A stretch of DNA of 64,000 nucleotides from assembly GCA_964016885.1 (NCBI GenBank), contig OZ024741.1, forward strand, positions 161,200,001 through 161,264,000, in the 5' to 3' direction. The stretch's first letter is position 1. The number at the start of each line of letters is the position of its first letter. The notes below the pieces were generated by a model. The model saw only the letters and a program-made list of their open reading frames with translations. It ran no database searches and was not told where the DNA came from. Below are positions 46,901 to 55,900 of the stretch, piece by piece. Made by a program: the position numbers and the translations under genes. The DNA is from Eledone cirrhosa. Its lineage: Eukaryota.

Positions 46901-49900
46901 AGAACTATAATGAATAGTAGTGGGCTAAGAAGTGAACCCTGATCACAGAATTCCAGGAGCCTCAATTCCTCTTCATTTATTGAGCCATAGCCTGCCAGGA
47001 TAATGAGGTCACCTTCATTCGTACTGGAAGTTGTCTGTAAAATTTTTCTCATAGAGCCTGTCTTTTTGATAAAAAATTATACATTGAAAATTAAATTTCA
47101 AACCACTTCACACCACATCACAACACTTCACAATAACTTACAACACTTCACAACACCTCACAGCACTTCACAACACTTTACATCAGTTCACAACACTTCA
47201 CAACACACTACAATACTTCATAATATCTCCCAATACTTCACCACACTCCACCCTACCTTACAACACTCCACAACACTTCACAACACTTCACAATACTTCA
47301 CAACAATCCACAACACTTCACATCACCTCACATCACCTCACATCACCTCACATCATCTCACAACACTTCACAAGGCATCACAATACTTCATTTTTCCTCA
47401 CCAACTATGTTTGGCAGTTCCTTACCTGGTGAGCTATCTCATGGCATACGATGGTGGTAACTAACCGCTTCACCTTAAATGGAAATAAAGATTCATCAAG
47501 GAGCATCACACTCTCTTTATATATTATAAGGCCCCAGTTCTCCATTCCACCAATTAGAAAATCTGGAACTGCAACCATATCTGGAAAACGAAATGATGTT
47601 GATGAATATGATGATAATAATAATTGTTTCTACTTTTGGCACAAGGCCAGCAGTTATCCCAGTGTATTACTGGTGCTTTATTTTATTCACCCCGTAAGGA
47701 TGAAAGGCAAAGTTAACCTCAGCGGGATTTGAACTCAGACCATAAAGGGCTGTAACTCTTTGCTGCAAAGCATGGCGTCAGACCCTCTACCGATATTGCC
47801 AATCCACCGCCTTATCTGATGATAATAATAATGATTTTCAGTATAGGCACAAGGCCAGTAATTTTTTTTTGGGGGGGGGGGGGGGGGGAGTCGATTAAAT
47901 TGACCCCAGTACGTTACTGGTGCTTTATTTTATCGATCCCGTAAGGATGAAAGGCAAAGTTAACCTCGGCAGGATAAAATAATAATAATTGTTTCTACTT
48001 TAGGCACACGCCCAGCAATTTGAAGGGGAAAGGAATGTCAGTTAAATCAACCCGAGTGCATTACTAGTACTTTATTTTATTGACCCCGTAAGGATGAAAT
48101 ACAAAACCAATGTCAATGGGATTTGAACTCAGAACGTAAAGGGACGCAACTCGGCTGCGAAACATGGTGTCCAACACTAACAATACTGCCAATCCACTGC
48201 CCTTTAATAATAATAATAATAATAATAATAACGTTTATACTTTTGGCACAAGGCCAGCAATTACCCCAGTGCATTACTGGTACTTTATTTTACGGACCAC
48301 GTAAGGATGAAAGGCAAAGTTAACCTCGGCAGGATTTGAACTCAGAACGTAAAGGGCCGTAACTCCTTGCTGGAAAGCATGTTGTCCGACGCCCTACCAA
48401 TTCTGCCAAACCAATAATAATAATTGTTTCTACTTTTGGCACAAGGCCAGCAATTATCCAGTACATTACTGGTACTTTATTTTATCGACCACGTAAGGAT
48501 TAATAATAATTGTTTCTATTTTTGGCACAAGGCCAGCAATTACCCAGTGTATTACTGGTACTTTATTTTATCGACCCCGTAAGGATGAAAGGCAAAGTTA
48601 ACCTCGGCGGGATTTGAACTCAGAATGGCAAGGGACGTAACTATGCGTTAAAGCATGGCGTCCGACCCTCTACCGATACTGCCAATCCACTAATGATTTC
48701 TTTATTAGCCATACAGGGCTCACAATAAGGAAACATTAAAGACGATACAGGACAATACAGTGTGGACTTTTCTTTGTATAAATATAATAATAATAATAAT
48801 AATAATAATGATTTCATTTATTAGCCACAAGGGCCGACATGTAGGGGACAATACAAAGACAGGGACAGTGGGGGTTTACAATAACGTCAAGTAAAAGTGC
48901 ACAATGGCAAGACTAATTTAACAATGAAGATATAAAAGATATAAAATAAACTATGCATAAATATAACAAAATAAATTCCCCTATAGGAGGTGGACGACCC
49001 AGGGGTGACTCATGTACCCCACCAATCCTAAACCACCCTGCGCTTCTAGGGCACCCAGGGAGAGCCCCCCTCTCCTCAAGTTAGCTAGCCTATAGACGCA
49101 TGGTCAGAGTAGGCCCATTCACACGGGCCATTCTTGCCACATTCATCCACCTTTTAGCAAATGAACTGGGGAGCAGCACTTCTCTCTCCACCCTCACCTT
49201 CTTTTCCACGTGAAACTTGAAGAAGTTGATGAGGGATTGGCCGAAGAGAAAAGTGTCTGTCTTCAGTCCTTTTAATCTGGTCCACCATATAACCTCTTTC
49301 GTAATGGCCACCAGACAGAGGAAAATTGCCTGCTCTTCCTAACCTAAGGAAGGCGGCAGGTCGATCTTCACTATGGACTCGGCCGGTAGTCGGATCCGTT
49401 CCACATGTGACAGTAGCTGTTGGACATAACTCCACAAATCAGTAATGCACGGACATTGGACAAGTGCATGCAGAACGGTTTTGTTGCTCTGTGCGCATCT
49501 TGGGCAGGTCCGTCTGACAGCACTTCCGCGCCTGCAGAATTTATCCCGAACCGGTAGTGCCCCCCAGGTAGCACTACCAAGCGAGGGATTTCTGGAAATT
49601 GTCCATCGTCCCCGGCTCGAAAGTCCCCCGGTGCAGACTGGTTAGTTCGACTTCGATCGGGCCCAAAGCTTCTTCGTGTGCGTCATTGCACTTGCCCACC
49701 ACTAATCCTCTATAGAACTCGAGAGTAGAAGTTCCATTGATCGCATTGCCCGCTTGGTAGAGGGCAGTGTGTGCCTGGCAACATTCCAGGTGCCAGTCAC
49801 CCAGTCTCGGTGTCTTCTTGACCCAGGACTGCAGCTCAGTCAAAGAAACGAGCTGCGAAAAGGCCCGTCTGATAAACGGCGACCACACTTGTTCACCGTT

Positions 49901-52900
49901 TAGGCAGAATATCTGGAGATGTCGCAGCCTCAGCGCATGTCTGCGCATCATTAGCCCAGCCCTCCGCATAGAGGGTGCTGGCAGCAGATGGACCGCCTCA
50001 CCAACGGAACTTGTCCTTTCCACAAGAATTTGAAGAGGAGCCATTCCAACTTGATGAGGCACGGACAGGAGCAAGGCACAACGGTCAGGCGGTAGTAGAT
50101 GATGGACACGATGTACACATTTGCCACCTTCGCGCGACCTTTCAGTAATAGCTTCCTCCCAGCCCATTTTTGGGTGAGACTGGTTACTCTGCTCGTTATC
50201 TTGTCCCAATTCTTTTCTGCCAAACCCCGAGCAACTTTACCGGTCCGTCTGTCCAGCGCCCCACGACGCTGTTGGATAGCATAGGCTTGCCTCTCCAGGT
50301 TCCGAGCTGCAAGCCCACCGACTTTTCCGGGTTAAGTTTGGCTCCTGTCAACCTTTCATATTCCTTCAATAAGATGCCAACCACCTCGATTTCCGAGGTG
50401 TCTGACACCATCACGGTGATGTCATCCGCATAAGCCGACACTACCTTTCGACGTCCCGGTTTGAGTGGGATGCCCTGCAACAGCTCCAGCTTCCGCAGTA
50501 AAGGCTCGAGAGTCAATACGTACAGAAGGGAAGAGAGAGGGCACCCTTGACGGACCGATCGGGAGAGCCGAAATGGTTCCGAGAGGTAGCCATTAATCTT
50601 GACCACTGAGCGTGTGCTGCTGTGCATTGCAGCAATCCAGCTTCTGAAGACAGGGCCGAAGCCAGCTGCTTTGAGGACAAACTCCAGATACCGATGGTCA
50701 ACCCTATCGAATGCTTTCAATTGATCTAAATTGATCAGTGCTCCACCGAAGCCAGGTTTACACCCTACCCTCTCTATGATGTATCGCATGAGGTGGAGAT
50801 TGTCGCGTATGGACCTGGCTGGGATTGCACAAGTTTGCGCCTCCCCAACCAAATCCTCGACGACAAGCGCCAATCTCTTTGCTAACACCTTGGCCAAAAT
50901 CTTAAACTCTGTGTTGAGCAGAGTTATGGGCCTGAAGTTGTTTAATGTATCCCTCTTGATCTCGTCTTTCCTTATCACCGTCACCACTCCCCTGCTCACA
51001 GAACTGGGAATACTCCCATTCTGCTGCCAGTTGCAGTAGAGTGCTTCAAATGATAATAATTCTTTTGTTTTTTGTAAGGTTTCTCTAGCAGTCAGTTGCT
51101 AGGTGAAATCCCTGATCTCAGAGGCTCAATATATCACGCAGGATTCTGGCAGTGTTAGTGATAGTAGAAATTTGGGCACTGCCTATGGAGTGAGGGACCC
51201 AAGGCTTTTGATGAAGGACGTAAGGTATTTAGGGATCATGCCTAGCGCGCCAATGACAATTGGCATGACTTCTGACTCTATATGGTACTCAGTTCTAATA
51301 GAGCCTGCAAGGTGCAATATCAATAAGAGTCAATTTTGTGGAGGTTGTATGTTTATAGTGTTTAACATAGGCACAAGGACAATAACTTTTAGGGGGGGGG
51401 GGGGGGAGTTAATTATATTGACCCCAGTACTTGACTGGTATTTTATTTCATCAACTTGAAAAGGATGAAAGGCAATTCCATATTATTAGAGTCATATATT
51501 ACTTCAAACTATCTTACTCATCCTCTATCTGTTTTTTTATTTGTATTGAAATATCTATCTTATTACAATTTTTATAACTATAAATATTATGAAATTTATC
51601 TTTCTTTGATCATAGAAAATTTATTCTTAATAATAAACTTTCTCAAATAGTTTATATCTCCTATATTTAAAATTCATTTATTCCCCTATCCATATTTGTA
51701 AAGGTTTTCATAGCTAATTTTAAGCCTCTATTTCTATTTGTTTCATAAAGGCTCCAGTTTTATTTCCCATTTCTTTCTCCCACCCATTTTATATATTATA
51801 TGCTTAACTTTCACTTCCTATCCTTTCTCCCCTTCTCTCTCTGTATATATATATCATAAGTTACACTATCCTCCTCTTTATCTTTCCATTTTTTTCTCAC
51901 CCCCTCTCTATATTCATTATAATCTATAACAGAGGTTCTCAAAGTGGGTGCTCTCCAGGGGGCATAGAGAAGCTCCAGTGAGGTGCTGGGGCCGAAGGGG
52001 GTGGTGGTGGTAGAGATGATATAATAGTATATTAAATATCAAATGATACATATATATAAATATAGTAAAATAAAAATATATATGATATTTATTTATACAT
52101 AGTATCATCATCATCATCATCATCATCGTTTAACGTCCATATTCCACGCTTGCATGGATTTGGACGGGAGTTTTCCCACTTGAGGCAAGAGTGGTTGTCT
52201 TGCTTGCATAGGACTGTCTGGCGGGTTTTCTATGGCTGGATGCCCTTCCTAACACCAACCACATTTACAGTGTGGGACTGGGAGGTTTTTACCGTGTTAC
52301 CTACAGGACCACATTACAGCGTGGACTGTGTGTTTTTTTTGTCATGACACCTACACGACCTCATTTGTTTCGGGCTGGATGTTGTGGTACCAACATAACT
52401 TTACATTGAAAGAAGTGGTGTGGATGGGGTGGGGGTAGTGGGACGGGGTGTATTTTGTTTATATTATATTATTTACAATTTGCATGTAGGCAGGTCTCTC
52501 TGAAAATAGGATTGGAGGCCCTGATGGTATTATGTGGCCTTGAGGGGAGCGGTGACCCAAAAAGTTTGAGAACCACTGATCTATAAATTAACTATTACTT
52601 TCTTTTTCTTTGCTCTTTTCTCTTTTTATAACGTAATGTAAACAACTTGCTGCTAACATCCCATATTTTAATGGCATCATAATAGTGTGAATTCTTTCAG
52701 CTATCAGTATGATACATCATCATCATTATCATCATTTAACGTCTATATTTCACGCTAGGATGGGTTTATACAGAAATATTATTTTTTTAGAAGACTTGCT
52801 ACACCTAAAATTTATGTATATTTTTATGTCTCTGATGATACAAATGAGATATGGAGAATACATTTTTTTATTTTTGTGCTTGGATTTTAATTTAGTTCTC

Positions 52901-55900
52901 AGGGAGATTCAACATGACATAATATATAAGAAGTCTGGCCCTTTGTAGAAACCAAGCCAGAATCAGTTCTGTATGAGCAAGACATATCACCTGACCTAGC
53001 ATTTCCCACAAGACAACTCATCTAACCCATGCTAGCATGGAAGAATAGATGTAAAACAGTGGTGATGATGATATATGTATATACACTCAAATATATATAT
53101 TATGTTGGCCCCACAAAACATGCAACCCACACTGCAAAGTGGTTGTGTAGGTATCACAACAAAAAGCACCCAGCACACACTGTAAAGTAATCATGTAGGA
53201 GACACGGCAAAAAGCACCCAGCACACATTGTAAATGTGGTTGGCATTAGAAAAGGCATCCAGCCATAGAAAACCAACCAGAAACAGTCCTATATGTGCAA
53301 GACACAGTCACCCGACCCAACTTGCCTCTAATGGGACAAACCTGTCTAACCAATGTTAGCGTGGAAGATAGACATTAAATGAGGATGATGATGATGAACA
53401 AACTGGAGAAAATAATGTGAAATAATGTATGACCATGAATCAAACTCACAACTTTACAATCAAGAACCAAACACCCTAACCACTAAGCCATGTGCCTTCA
53501 CCTCAGATATATATATAATAAATACATAGATAACATTTTTCTCACCTAACTTTGGCAATGGAAAAGGTATTTGGAAATAACTCTCAAAGAATTGTATAAT
53601 TTTGACACCAACTTCAAGAGCATATTCAGCTTGTTGGATTGCATTTCTTCGAGACCAGACACTAAACTGAAATTTGAAAAATGAGATGAAATTTTATTTA
53701 ATTAAAATAATAATAACAACAACAACAACAACAACAAAGTACTGGGGTGGATCAATATGATCGGCCAAATCCTTTCAAGGCCACAATTGAAAAAGCAAAT
53801 TGAATAGAAAAAAAACAAGTTTATTGAAGTAAATACATAGCCTGTTTCAATGGTAAGTTATGAAGCTGAGGTTATCAAATGGCACAATTAGAAATCATTA
53901 TAAAGATGTTTTTTTTTAACATAACTTAACCAAAATTTCTTATATCAGATTATGTTGTAAAGTTTTAATTTAATTTAATTAAAACAAAAACCCTTTACAA
54001 TGGGTTGGTTTGTTTGGTAGAACTAGAGGTGGTTTGGGGCAAGTTGGTATCAAAAGAGTTAATCATTGAGTTTGAAATTTTTTTCTCCCACCTGCCACAT
54101 CTAGAGTAAAGACCAGGTCCTGCAATAGCTTAGGGTTCAAGGGCCCACGACTTTTTAATATCGTACAAAAGCAACATGAGAGATCTATATTGAGTGGATG
54201 TAAATGTTTTCCAGAAGCATCTTGACATCCTAGTGTCCAAGATCCCAGACAAGTCTACTTGATAGCAAGAAACACAACAAAAGCAGCTGGGTCAAACTCT
54301 CTCATTCATCAAGGAATGCAAGAGAGCTTTAGAAAGTGTTGCAATAACAGCAGTGCCCCAGCATGGCCAGAGCACATGGGCTGGAACAACTAAAAGAGTA
54401 AATAATTATTACATGTGAAATTTTCATTGATTAAATTTATTTGGTCCACTGCAATCAGTATGTTAACGCTAACTTTATTACCAGTATTGCTGCTTGCTTG
54501 GTGAGTAATAACATACAATAATAACGATAATGATAACTATGATAACTCCATCATTGTTATTATTCTGTTTTCTGATGAGTTTACATTGGTTATAGGGCTG
54601 GAAATTTCCTTTTCCAGTTAAAATTAATGTAGATTAAAATACAAAAATATTGCTTCTCTCATGCAGACCACTGAATTATTGCTCCAAAGATTATAAGTTT
54701 AGATTCAAGTGATTGATATGGTATTATTGTACTATGCTGTGAGGTAATGTGGCACATTATTACTTTTCTCGCTTCAGTGAAGCTAATTGAAAAAACAGAG
54801 AAGATGCCATTGCTATTATTATTTTCTTAAATGGTTGGAATTAAAAAAGTAATTCAGGTGAGAAATTGCCTGTAGTAGCAGTTCTGATGGCTGAATAATG
54901 TAAGAATTGAAACAATATATTTTTTTTTAAATTAGCAGTCAGTTAATTATATAAAATGTTAAAGAAAAAGAAATTGAAAGAGAGAAGACCTGGTACTTAC
55001 AGTTATATTACCAGCCTGCCTTGTTCTGTTGCTGAAGTCGCTGACAATGAAAGCTAACAAATATGTTGACATCTCAGGAGTTGTATCAAAGTAGTCAGCA
55101 ACATAATCATTTTCTCTATAAAACACACAAAAATAAAAATAGTAATATATAAAAAAAAAAAAAATTAGCTTAGTAAACATTCCAGATGGGATCACCAATT
55201 GGAATTAATACTCATACAATCACAATAGACAATGGAAGTTTAACACTTGATACTGAACCACCTAAAACTGGCCTTGGCTCTATGATAGAAAGCTGTTTGT
55301 TTTCAAGTGTACCTAAAAGAATTCCATCATAATTTTATGTAAGAAACTTTGTTAGATTTTGTTCCAACACCAGCTTAATAATAATAAGGTTAGTTATATT
55401 ATCAAATCTCTTAATAATTCTTGATTACTCTCAATAATTCTTGATTATTTTCAGAATTATTTGTAGATAATAGGCAGGGCTTTTCAGTAAAACTCATCAT
55501 TACCATTTTACGTCCACTTTTCCATACTGGCATGGGCTGGACAGGTCTTTTTCAGCACAGCATCTCCCCACTCATCCTCTCCTTTGTGAGCTTCAACAAT
55601 TTGAACAGCTTTCACCACCTCCCCCCAGGTCTTCCACTACTGTGGCTTCCTTCCCCTTGGTACTTCTTAAACCAGTGATCATCATCCATGTACATCACAT
55701 GTCCATGCCAGTGCATTCTTCTCTCTTGCGCATTACATCTAATTCCTCTTATAATCAGTTTTTCTCTAAGTTCATCCATGTTTTATCATTCATGTATATT
55801 AATGTTCTCTGCCTGGAGTTGCAACCAGTAGATAGTATCAACAATTGAAGACAGATGGAAACATTGTTTCCTTGGTCTGGTTTGATAAGAGAATATTAAA

